DNA of 47,480 nucleotides from a virus. Taxonomy: Duplodnaviria > Caudoviricetes. Below are positions 8,438 to 17,254 of the stretch, piece after piece. The DNA is taken from positions 1 to 47,480 of the IMG/VR virus record IMGVR_UViG_3300037962_000579. The stretch is one strand, 5' to 3'. The notes below the pieces were generated by a model. It worked only from the letters and a program-made list of their open reading frames with translations. It searched no databases and had not been told where the DNA came from. How positions within the stretch are numbered: position 1 is the first letter of the stretch; each line of letters starts with the position of its first letter. The position numbers were made by a program, and so were the translations under genes.

Positions 8438-8721
8438 TATTGATTTTTTTGTATTTCATAAAGACGCTCGTCTATTTTATCAAGCTTTTCTTTTATTTCT
8501 TCGACATCGTCTTGCGTGTCGAGTATAGTTGTTCTTACAAGTTCATCTTTTAAATCGTATTCTGTTCTTGATATTTCTGGTTTTGGAAGCTCTTTAGCTT
8601 CTGCTATATCAGATTTTAACGCAAACCACATACTAGCGGCAGTAATTACAAAGCTTATAATTATGCCAATAGTTTTAAGGTCAAGAGTTACTTTTGTATT
8701 TTCTCCAATTTGTTGTGCCAT
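8437..8721 (-). CDS. Single-pass membrane protein with coiled-coil C-terminus
   Basis: TM IGIIISFVITAASMWFAL followed by heptad repeats. Confidence 0.65.
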   Translation of the reverse strand: MAQQIGENTKVTLDLKTIGIIISFVITAASMWFALKSDIAEAKELPKPEISRTEYDLKDELVRTTILDTQDDVEEIKEKLDKIDERLYEIQKNQ

Positions 8722-8724
8722 GAT

Positions 8725-8772
8725 TTAAAACCAACAGATGCTACAACCTATGCATAAAGGACACTGTTTCAT
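8725..8772 (-). CDS. Candidate 15-aa Cys-rich micropeptide MKQCPLCIGCSICWF
   Basis: ATG overlaps the upstream stop (TAATG); stop ends 3 nt before the next start; fills the gap. Confidence 0.5.
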   Translation of the reverse strand: MKQCPLCIGCSICWF

Positions 8773-9959
8773 TATTTTAAAGTTAAATTTATTCCAAAGT
8801 TAGTTTGATATATTTTTGAATCCCAGAATTTAGTGTATTCTCCTTCAATAAATATACCTAAAGATTTAGTTACTTTCCACCCAAACATTAAACCCGCCTG
8901 GTAATCGTCCCATTGTTCAAGGCTTGAATCTTTTTTTAATCCGCCTTTACCCCAATTATTACGATTTAAGTAAGTAAAATCTTGTTCACCGGATACATAT
9001 TTATGATAAGGTAATATCCAATTACCGTAAGCATGTAACCAAAAATTATTTTTATAATGATAAAAATCAAAACCTGCAATTGGAGCAACTTCCGCAAAAG
9101 CATCAAGTCCTTCCCATACTTCTTCATTAAAACGGTTCATAAGATTACCAAATATTCTATCTCTAAAATCTCTATCACCATATGCTACTATTTCGCCTCT
9201 TTCATTACGCCAAATCCAATCAAAAAAAGTATCTCCTGTATATTCATTCGTATATGTAGTTGGCTCGTCTGTAAAACCGTAAAAATATCCTAAGCTATAC
9301 CAAGGATTTAAAGGTTCTTCTAAATTTGTTTCTGGATTTATAAATGTTTCATTTAACCATATTTCTATAGGATTATAGCCATAAGGCTTTTGATGTGTAC
9401 GATATATCGCGCCAAGTGATACACTAAATTTTTTACCAATAGGTAATCGCGCTCTTAGTTCCCCAGAAGTATATTCAAAACCTACTTTACCAGATTCTCT
9501 AGTTTCAAATTTAGCTATATGATATTTACCGGTATGTCTAACAAATAATCTTTTATTAGTAAATTTATCACCGTTTACTCTTTCTTTTTCCCAATGTAAT
9601 AAATATTCTAAACCTTTTACAGCTGCTGTAGGCGCAGATAAACCAACATTGTTTTCAGTGCCATTATAAAAATTAGGTTTACTTTCGTAACCAAACCGTG
9701 CTAATTTACGTATACCTATTCCATATCTATAATCAAATGGGTGATAAGTTGTTTCATCTATAACGTTTGGTATTGCGTATAAGTCTTCTGGATTTGTTCT
9801 TATAAAATAATCAGAAGTTTCTAATTTTGCATTAGCTATATTACCAGCTGCATAAAATGTACCGTATTTTAAAAAATCTTTATATACATTTTTAAAAAAC
9901 TGTGCGTTAGTATTAAATGATATAATTAAAGGAAATAGTACTAATATTATTTTTTTCAT
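8772..9959 (-). CDS. Putative outer-membrane beta-barrel protein
   Basis: Sec signal ...SFNTNA|QF; aromatic-rich alternating strands; terminal strand FGINLTLK. Confidence 0.6.
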   Translation of the reverse strand: MKKIILVLFPLIISFNTNAQFFKNVYKDFLKYGTFYAAGNIANAKLETSDYFIRTNPEDLYAIPNVIDETTYHPFDYRYGIGIRKLARFGYESKPNFYNGTENNVGLSAPTAAVKGLEYLLHWEKERVNGDKFTNKRLFVRHTGKYHIAKFETRESGKVGFEYTSGELRARLPIGKKFSVSLGAIYRTHQKPYGYNPIEIWLNETFINPETNLEEPLNPWYSLGYFYGFTDEPTTYTNEYTGDTFFDWIWRNERGEIVAYGDRDFRDRIFGNLMNRFNEEVWEGLDAFAEVAPIAGFDFYHYKNNFWLHAYGNWILPYHKYVSGEQDFTYLNRNNWGKGGLKKDSSLEQWDDYQAGLMFGWKVTKSLGIFIEGEYTKFWDSKIYQTNFGINLTLK

Positions 9960-10231
9960 TTTTTTCTTTTTACATTTTTAACTCTACGCGGCTTACCTGC
10001 TGGTTGACCTAATCTTTTCTTTTCTGCTATTTTTTTACGTTTTTGTGAAGCAGTCATTTCGCTTGCTGTTGTAGGTGTTTTAGAAGATACTCTTTTACTG
10101 GGTCTACAATAAGGTGTTCCTCTTTTTTCTCCTTTACGTCTGCCGCAAGGTTTACCAGTGCGAACATCTACCCACTTTTCCTTAAACCAACGTTTAAGAG
10201 CGAGTCCTTTTGCTGTTTTTCTTACTGCCAT
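9956..10231 (-). CDS. Small basic protein (LKRWFKEKWVD...CG...YCRP family)
   Basis: K/R-rich; motif recalled from marine phage and large DNA virus proteins. Confidence 0.7.
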   Translation of the reverse strand: MAVRKTAKGLALKRWFKEKWVDVRTGKPCGRRKGEKRGTPYCRPSKRVSSKTPTTASEMTASQKRKKIAEKKRLGQPAGKPRRVKNVKRKK

Positions 10232-10517
10232 TTTTATTATGTTTTTTTCTTATTGCTTCTTTACCGCGTTTAGCTATAGCTGCTTGTTGTAATTTACCTG
10301 CAACTTTTGCTCGCTGCTCTAATACAGTTAATATTTGTATTTTTCTAGCAAAGGGCTTTTTAATTCTTTTTACTTTTGCAACAGTAGCCCTAGCATCAGC
10401 AGGAGTTGCAAATTTAATGCTAACCGTATCTCTAGGGTTTTCATCTGTGTACAATCTACGGCCAGACCCTTTAGGTTTTTTACCTGTTCCAACTTTAGGA
10501 TCTTTTCTTTTTGACAT
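10194..10517 (-). CDS. Small basic protein (RRLYTDENP family)
   Basis: KDPKVGTGKKPKGSGRRLYTDENPRDTV; overlapping gene chain. Confidence 0.7.
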   Translation of the reverse strand: MSKRKDPKVGTGKKPKGSGRRLYTDENPRDTVSIKFATPADARATVAKVKRIKKPFARKIQILTVLEQRAKVAGKLQQAAIAKRGKEAIRKKHNKNGSKKNSKRTRS

Positions 10518-10755
10518 TTTTAGTTCCTAATTTTTTATTAACTATATTTCTAGTTCTTTTCATTTTAGCAGCATAGCTGGCGTTCTTGCCTCTACTAAAT
10601 ACTATTTGTTGATTTAAACTACCTATTATAGCTCGTTTATTACGTTTTCTACTACGTATTAACCAATTAGCTAGTTTTTCTGCAGAAAGCTCTTTAAACT
10701 TGCCTTTAGCATCAGGATATTTAGAATCTTTCCATGTAGGTCTTTTGCTAGCCAT
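10495..10755 (-). CDS. Small basic hypothetical protein
   Basis: 86 aa K/R-rich ORF with A-rich leader. Confidence 0.65.
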   Translation of the reverse strand: MASKRPTWKDSKYPDAKGKFKELSAEKLANWLIRSRKRNKRAIIGSLNQQIVFSRGKNASYAAKMKRTRNIVNKKLGTKNVKKKRS

Positions 10756-10773
10756 ATTATTTAATTTTATTAT

Positions 10774-11133
10774 TTATTTTTTTGTGTTTTTAAATTCAAA
10801 TTTTTCACCAGTTATAGAAAGTTTATTTATTACTTCAGTTTGAAGATTTCTTAACAACGCCTCTAATTTGTCTTTTTCTACAACCATAGAAGCCATTTTA
10901 TCTTCTAACGCTTCATTTCTAGCTTTTAGTGCCTCAACTTCTTCCGGGTTTTTACCTATAAAAGTATAAATAACCACCGATAATGAACCAACTAACATAC
11001 CTACTATAACTTTAAATATATCATTATTAGTTCCAGGTATTTCAAAAAAAGCTAAAAAAAGTAATAGTCCCATTACAAGTAAAAATACTGTAGCGGCACC
11101 TATATAACCTCTTAATTCTTTATCTTTTAACAT
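10774..11133 (-). CDS. Two-TM membrane protein with coiled coil (possible lysis protein)
   Basis: Two hydrophobic helices then heptads. Confidence 0.6.
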   Translation of the reverse strand: MLKDKELRGYIGAATVFLLVMGLLLFLAFFEIPGTNNDIFKVIVGMLVGSLSVVIYTFIGKNPEEVEALKARNEALEDKMASMVVEKDKLEALLRNLQTEVINKLSITGEKFEFKNTKK

Positions 11134-11144
11134 ATTAATTATTT

Positions 11145-11279
11145 TTATTTTTTTCTTTTACTTTTACCATAATTAGCAGCACCCATTTTACGGCACTTAG
11201 CTATAGCTCCACTTGCATATGCAGAGGGAAATACTCTATAACGAGCTTTTACTTTATAATAACATGCATCTTTCGGCAT
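11145..11279 (-). CDS. Small basic protein (44 aa, DACY...PSAYASGA family), not in ORF track
   Basis: MPKDACYYKVKARYRVFPSAYASGAIAKCRKMGAANYGKSKRKK; motif recalled from marine phage proteins. Confidence 0.7.
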   Translation of the reverse strand: MPKDACYYKVKARYRVFPSAYASGAIAKCRKMGAANYGKSKRKK

Positions 11280-11281
11280 AA

Positions 11282-14200
11282 CTATAATTTTTTAGGTTTT
11301 AATCTTTTACTTTTTAAATCGCTTTTATTTTTAGGCTTAGGTGGATCAACTAAATTTACGTCATATTTAGAATATCCAAGAGCAAGCGCAATTGATTGCC
11401 AATAATCTGTTTCTTGCCTTAACGGGGTGCTAAGGTTATCCAATTTTCTTATTACGCGGTCTGCAGGTATATTAAATAATACAGATGAAGTCTCTCCTAC
11501 GGCCATAATAGCTGGATTATCAAAGCTTATACCTTCAGTAAATATTTTTTCTCTTGATTGTTTATATGTAAATTTTCTACCAACGCTAAGAGCTTTATTT
11601 ATTTTTGAACTTATAGGTGGCGATATAGAAAGTATTTCAAGAGCGGCATTATCATAATTTGGTCTACCGCTTTTATACTGATTTATAGATTCTAAAATTA
11701 TATTTTTCCCTGCTGAAACAACTGCTCCGCCAAAACCAAATCCTCGTAAAAATCCATCTGTAACTTGGTCTGCAGTTCTAATAACTCTTTTTTGTGTTCT
11801 TTCTTCATCTTCATCTTCGTCTAAAAATGAAGCAAATACTGCAGTTTGTAAGGTATTAAATACAATTGATTGTAAAGCATAATAATAGCTAATTCTAACA
11901 ACTCTTTGCATATTACTTTGTGCTAATGTTTTGCCTTTCATTGGCCTTTTAGCTACTAAATCTTTTATATCTTTTATAGCTCTTCTGTTATATTGCATTA
12001 ATACGTTACCAAAATTTAATATAATTCTACCAGCCGGACTTGCTTGTTGTTGAGAAACTCTATCCGGTCTTGCAGATTGCTGTGTTTCTTCAGCAGTTTC
12101 TTGAAAATCTAAAAATGCAGCTTCTTCCGCTTCTTTTTGCTCAAGACCTTGTTTTTTATAAGTATTAATTCTATTGCGATAAAAACTAGCACCGCCTAAT
12201 GCTATAGCCGCGGAATCACCTAATTGTGTAAGAATAAAACCTTTTTTAAGTAAAAGAGAAGTAATAGCTTTAAGAGAATTACCGCCTTGCTCAGCTACTT
12301 TTGCAATCTCATCTGAAGCAACATCTGTTTTTACACCGGATCTTCTTTGTTTTAAAAAATTAGAATTAAATAAAAAAGCAAAATCTTTAGAAAATTGTTT
12401 AGTGTTAGCTAATGCTTTTCCTGCGGCAATAGGATTATTATCATCAAAGTTTATAAAATTAGTAAATGATATTTGCTGTAACAATGCAGAACGAGAATTT
12501 AAAAACATAATTGTACCAACCGTATCCTGCACCCAATTAAACAAAGCATTTGTTATTTTATTTTTACCAAAAGGTCTTCTTCTTCCGGTTTTCATACGAT
12601 ACAAAATATCTTGTAAGGCTTCTACATAGTTTTCACCAAATCTACCTTTTAATTTTTTTAAATTTTCTTTTGAAAACAAAGCATCAACGTTTTGTTGCCA
12701 AGGTTCTAAAAACTTTGCTCTCGCTGTTTTATTAACATAACTTAATAAATCTGTTGTTAATGTTCCCGAAGTCCAATTAGTATCCGGCTCTATATATCCT
12801 AAAGCAGTTATTTTTTTAATATTTTTAGCAAATTCTAATAAAGGCTTATTATTATTAATATATTTTATTGCTGCATTTAAATCTTTTTCTGGTATATTTT
12901 TACCATCAGTTTCTTTTATATTATATCCTAAACTATTCCATATATATAATCTTACAGCTTGTTCATTTGTAAATCCTGTTTCATTTATTTTTTTAAATTT
13001 TATTTTTTTACCTTTTTCGTCTGTAACTTTTTTAACTAATTTTTTAAGGTCTTTATATTGATTTACAGTTTGTTGTTTTGCAGCATCAAATTGAAACATA
13101 GCTTTTGCAAAAGGTTTTAATAAATTATTTTCAAAAAATTCTAAATTATTAGCACCTTGTTTTCCTTTACCTGCTATATAATATAATAAACCTGTAAAAT
13201 CATCTGCAGAAGGTGGCAATAAGCGCAATCTTTTATTTGCTTTAGCTAAATTTTTAATTCTTGCTTCACTTATATTTTCTTTTATACCAGTCGCTTCCGT
13301 TATTATTTTATCAAATTCTTTAACAGCATCTTTTAATTCATTATTTTCTTTTAAATCAAAAAATTCTAAATTATTTTTTTCTAATTCTTCTTGTACTTCT
13401 TTATTATATCTAATATCTTTAGCATCTTTTGTAAAATTATGATTTTTAGGCATTGCTGATTTTGTGCTTTTATCATATATTTTAGATAAATTAGCATCTA
13501 ATAAATCAACATGAAAATTATCTAATGATTCATTAAGTTGATTTAAATTTATATCACCTTTAACATATTGCATCATTATATTTACAGCATCATTTATAGG
13601 AGGAGTATGCTCAACTTTTAATCTTATAGGTAATTTATTATCTTTAGTTAATGATATGATTCTAAGAGGAAACATCACACGTAAAGGAGCTCTTTGGTTA
13701 GCTCTCATAGATTCTAAAAATGCACCTGCCCCCTCTAAATCTTTATTTTCTTTAAAATTTTCTAATTTTTCTAATATTAATCTTTTATTTCTTATTTGAT
13801 CCTCTTGATGTAGCTCGCTTAATAATTTAAAAGATTTTTTAAAGTTAGAATCAAAAGATTTTAATTTCTTTTTAATATTAGTTGCAGGATTAGAAAAATC
13901 TACTTTAGGTCTATATCTATTTTTTATTAGTTCGTTTAAAGATTTATGATATTCTTTTGGAACGTTAGGTTTTAAAAGATTTTTAACTAAATTGGGATTA
14001 TTATTATATTTTTCACCTATTGCAGATTTAGTTAAAACATTTTTTAATCCAGTAAAATTTAAATTTATAATTTTTTGTAAATCAAATAATTTTTGTTCAT
14101 CAGATAAATTTTTATTAGCAAAAATTTCTTTTATTTCGTTTTCAATTCTAGGAATTTCATTTTTCTCAACTTTTTGAGCTATTGTTTGTTCAGTGTTTTT

Positions 14201-17200
14201 TGCTTTTTCTTGTACAAAAACTCTAGTAGATTTAGTAAAATCTTTTTCAGTTGTATTTTCATATGAAGAAACAATAGCTTCTTGTTGAATTTCTGAAACA
14301 TTTTCTTTAGATAAATATTTTTTTAAGTCTTTTATAGCCTTTTTAACAGCGGCGCTAAATTTCATACCACCTTGAACAGAAACTTTTAAAGACTGTAAAA
14401 ATACTTTACCTGCAGCGTGAGTTAATTCCATAAGACCAAAACTTGCTCTTAAGTCGCCGGGTTCTGGTTTTAATGTATCCCACTGCGCTATCCATGTATC
14501 TATTTGATTTATAATTCTAGAACCAACACCTGCGGGCACATCTTTATCAAGTAAATCTTGTCTTTCTGAAAATTCTTTTTCAATATTAGGATCTGATTGT
14601 AAAGCTTCTCTTACACCTCTTGCGCCAATTACTTCTGCTAGTGTTTCAGCCAAACTTATTTTTCTTGCACGTAAAGTTGTATAGCCAGCACCTTCTGTAA
14701 AAAAATTAATAAACTGTTCTTTTGTAGGTGTTGTATATGTGAATATATCTTCTCCTACCGCTGTTTTAGCTCTTCCCGTTTTTACAGGATTAAATAGCTT
14801 AGAAAGTCTTTTATTTTTAGCATCATTTGAAATATTATTTATTAAATCTTTATATAGTGTATCTAATAAGCCCACATATTCACTTAATTGCGCTTCTTTT
14901 TGATTAAACTGCCCTCCCAAAGATTTTAAAACATCTTCTCTTAGCGCTACTTCGCCTGCTTTACGTATTGCAAATAAAAAACCTTGTTGTTTACCTTTAA
15001 CTCTTTCTGTAACACCGGGTAATCTACCTTTTAATATTCTTTTACCAATTTGTATAGATTGTTCGCTTGTAAAACCTAATTTTTCACCTATAATATTTGC
15101 TTCGGCTGTATTTTGTTCTTTTTCAATTTGTGTTATAAAATCCGATGCAATACCTTTTTGTTCTGTTACATCTGTTTTACCAATTATTTCTCCTTCGGCA
15201 GTTGTTTCAACTAAATCAAAATATTTTGGGGCTCTTTTAAGAAGTAGCGGTTGTACATATGCACCAAATTCTACACCTGAATCTATTTTATAAGTTCCAA
15301 TAAGTTTTGAAAATTCTTCATTAACAGCACTTAAAACATCTTCTTTAGTTAAACCGGACTGAATAGTTGGATTATATAATGTATTAACGGTTTTATTAAT
15401 TAATCCTGCATTGTTTTTAGTAATGTCATCTTTTGCTTTTGATACTTCAATTTCAGTGCTATTTTTATCTTTAATAATATTTATTAGCTCTTTATTTTTA
15501 GCAGCAATGTTTTGATTTTTTTTAGAAACTTCTTTTACTGTATTATCTACTTTTTGTCTTTCTTTTAAATATTGTTCTTTATAAACGTTTCTAGCAATAT
15601 CATATTCTTCTTTTGTGATTGTTTTATCAATTCTATATTTTTTTTGTAAATCATTTAATATAGATTGATATTTTTTAGCTAAATCCGGTAAATTAGCTAA
15701 TGTTTTTAATTGATCTTCAGCAAATAAATTAATTTCTGCATTACTTTTTTTAATTATAGCTTTAATTTCTTCTTGTCTATCTTTTATGCTTTGATTTATA
15801 GCATTTTTTACGTTTTTGCCTTTAGCACTTAATAAACTCTTTTTTAAATCAAAAATTTCATCTGTTTTTTTATTTATAGCTTCAACATCTGATTTATTTC
15901 TTAATCTGCTAGCAGCTTTTTTTATTTCAATTAAAGAAAGACTTCCGGCTAAAATACCGGATGATTCAGGTGATCCAGCAGCTGCCGCTCCTAATACTAA
16001 AGCTGTTGCTTCTTGTTTATTAGCTGTAAAACCTGTGCCAACAACACCACCTCCTATCATTCCTAAAGCAAAATCTTCAAGAGATTCCCAACTAAAAACA
16101 TAATCGTTCATAGCAGAAGCTACCTCAAAAGCACTTTTTCTTTTTGCAAGAGGTTCTTCAGCAGATTGTAAAAACCCTTGAATAGTTTCTGTTCCTCCCT
16201 CAGCTAACGCGGCATAAGCTCGTCCAGCAACTTTTTTTATAGCACCAGCATTCATTCGCTGTATAGCGTCTTTCATTTTTCCTAATCCAAATCTTTCAGA
16301 AACACCGCTTAAACTCCCAACTACTAAGGGCCCATAAAAATCAGCGTCATCGCTATTCATAAATTCTATTTCATCAACTCCTAATTCTTTTGCTCGTATT
16401 GAATTTTGTCTATAAAAACTATCTGCAAAAAAATCTGTAATTAAACCAGCACCTCCAGTAGGTGCAGCTACTGCAGCACTTGAGCCTATAGATGTTAGTA
16501 CGTCAAATATGCCTGATGCTATTTCATTTAAATCGCCTTTTTTAAATCCTTTAAAAACATCGCCTACTTTTTTTTGTGACGCAATAGCTTCAATTTTTTT
16601 CATTTCTAAAATTGCGTTTTCTACTTCTTCGTCGCTTAATCCTACTTTCCAAAAATCAGCTACATTTGGATTATTTACAAATTTATCAACTGCCTCATCT
16701 CCAAATATTTTATTTGCTACAGCTCTTGTAGTTAAAACTAATCTATCATCAAAACCACTTATACGAGCAATCATATTATCTAAAGAATTTATATAATTGT
16801 TTCTTTTCGGTTGTTTTCTTGCTTCTTGTATTGCTCTTTCAAAAGCCGCCATTTTATCTTCACGCGCTCGTCTTTCAAACTCTTCCATGTACTCATCAGA
16901 AGCAGGTTCTGAAGTTTCAGGTATAGCAGGTATACCTTCTGCAAATTCAACTATCTTAGATGGTATAGGTTTAGGTTTTAAACCACCAAATCCATCAGGT
17001 ATATATTCAACTTCTGGAAACTCCGAAGAAGTATCTACCAATTCGAATTCCGTATTCAGTTCTTCGGATGCTGGTGTTTCCTCCACAACCGCATCCGGTG
17101 TTGTGGGTGTTGGCTTTCCCAATTGAACTCTTTTTAAACCAAATCGTTTAATATATTCTTCTAGTGCAAGATTAGCCTCTGATGCCGCCGCACTAACTTG

Positions 17201-17236
17201 AGCTAAGCTATATTCTTCGCCATTATATTCAAACAT
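11282..17236 (-). CDS. Giant (1984 aa) internal virion/ejection-type polyvalent protein
   Basis: Position after tail genes; Gly/Ala hydrophobic segments near both ends; helical multi-domain layout. Confidence 0.7.
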   Translation of the reverse strand: MFEYNGEEYSLAQVSAAASEANLALEEYIKRFGLKRVQLGKPTPTTPDAVVEETPASEELNTEFELVDTSSEFPEVEYIPDGFGGLKPKPIPSKIVEFAEGIPAIPETSEPASDEYMEEFERRAREDKMAAFERAIQEARKQPKRNNYINSLDNMIARISGFDDRLVLTTRAVANKIFGDEAVDKFVNNPNVADFWKVGLSDEEVENAILEMKKIEAIASQKKVGDVFKGFKKGDLNEIASGIFDVLTSIGSSAAVAAPTGGAGLITDFFADSFYRQNSIRAKELGVDEIEFMNSDDADFYGPLVVGSLSGVSERFGLGKMKDAIQRMNAGAIKKVAGRAYAALAEGGTETIQGFLQSAEEPLAKRKSAFEVASAMNDYVFSWESLEDFALGMIGGGVVGTGFTANKQEATALVLGAAAAGSPESSGILAGSLSLIEIKKAASRLRNKSDVEAINKKTDEIFDLKKSLLSAKGKNVKNAINQSIKDRQEEIKAIIKKSNAEINLFAEDQLKTLANLPDLAKKYQSILNDLQKKYRIDKTITKEEYDIARNVYKEQYLKERQKVDNTVKEVSKKNQNIAAKNKELINIIKDKNSTEIEVSKAKDDITKNNAGLINKTVNTLYNPTIQSGLTKEDVLSAVNEEFSKLIGTYKIDSGVEFGAYVQPLLLKRAPKYFDLVETTAEGEIIGKTDVTEQKGIASDFITQIEKEQNTAEANIIGEKLGFTSEQSIQIGKRILKGRLPGVTERVKGKQQGFLFAIRKAGEVALREDVLKSLGGQFNQKEAQLSEYVGLLDTLYKDLINNISNDAKNKRLSKLFNPVKTGRAKTAVGEDIFTYTTPTKEQFINFFTEGAGYTTLRARKISLAETLAEVIGARGVREALQSDPNIEKEFSERQDLLDKDVPAGVGSRIINQIDTWIAQWDTLKPEPGDLRASFGLMELTHAAGKVFLQSLKVSVQGGMKFSAAVKKAIKDLKKYLSKENVSEIQQEAIVSSYENTTEKDFTKSTRVFVQEKAKNTEQTIAQKVEKNEIPRIENEIKEIFANKNLSDEQKLFDLQKIINLNFTGLKNVLTKSAIGEKYNNNPNLVKNLLKPNVPKEYHKSLNELIKNRYRPKVDFSNPATNIKKKLKSFDSNFKKSFKLLSELHQEDQIRNKRLILEKLENFKENKDLEGAGAFLESMRANQRAPLRVMFPLRIISLTKDNKLPIRLKVEHTPPINDAVNIMMQYVKGDINLNQLNESLDNFHVDLLDANLSKIYDKSTKSAMPKNHNFTKDAKDIRYNKEVQEELEKNNLEFFDLKENNELKDAVKEFDKIITEATGIKENISEARIKNLAKANKRLRLLPPSADDFTGLLYYIAGKGKQGANNLEFFENNLLKPFAKAMFQFDAAKQQTVNQYKDLKKLVKKVTDEKGKKIKFKKINETGFTNEQAVRLYIWNSLGYNIKETDGKNIPEKDLNAAIKYINNNKPLLEFAKNIKKITALGYIEPDTNWTSGTLTTDLLSYVNKTARAKFLEPWQQNVDALFSKENLKKLKGRFGENYVEALQDILYRMKTGRRRPFGKNKITNALFNWVQDTVGTIMFLNSRSALLQQISFTNFINFDDNNPIAAGKALANTKQFSKDFAFLFNSNFLKQRRSGVKTDVASDEIAKVAEQGGNSLKAITSLLLKKGFILTQLGDSAAIALGGASFYRNRINTYKKQGLEQKEAEEAAFLDFQETAEETQQSARPDRVSQQQASPAGRIILNFGNVLMQYNRRAIKDIKDLVAKRPMKGKTLAQSNMQRVVRISYYYALQSIVFNTLQTAVFASFLDEDEDEERTQKRVIRTADQVTDGFLRGFGFGGAVVSAGKNIILESINQYKSGRPNYDNAALEILSISPPISSKINKALSVGRKFTYKQSREKIFTEGISFDNPAIMAVGETSSVLFNIPADRVIRKLDNLSTPLRQETDYWQSIALALGYSKYDVNLVDPPKPKNKSDLKSKRLKPKKL
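17007..17236 (-). CDS. Predicted 76-aa transframe product of the -1 frameshift
   Basis: First 41 aa of the giant protein, then ANTHNTGCGCGGNTSIRRTEYGIRIGRYFFGVSRS* (TGA 17009-17007). Confidence 0.55.
17065..17120 (-). promoter_or_regulatory. Predicted -1 programmed ribosomal frameshift signal (G_GGA_AAG + H-type pseudoknot)
   Basis: In-frame X_XXY_YYZ heptamer 17120-17114; 7-nt spacer; S1 CCACAAC/GTTGTGG, S2 CGGATGC/GCATCCG. Confidence 0.75.
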
Positions 17237-17254
17237 AGTTATTAATTATTTAAA

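Noticed and set aside
11282-17236. Giant protein as a crAss/N4-type virion RNA polymerase
   Set aside because: No DxDxD catalytic motif or single-subunit RNAP motifs recognised
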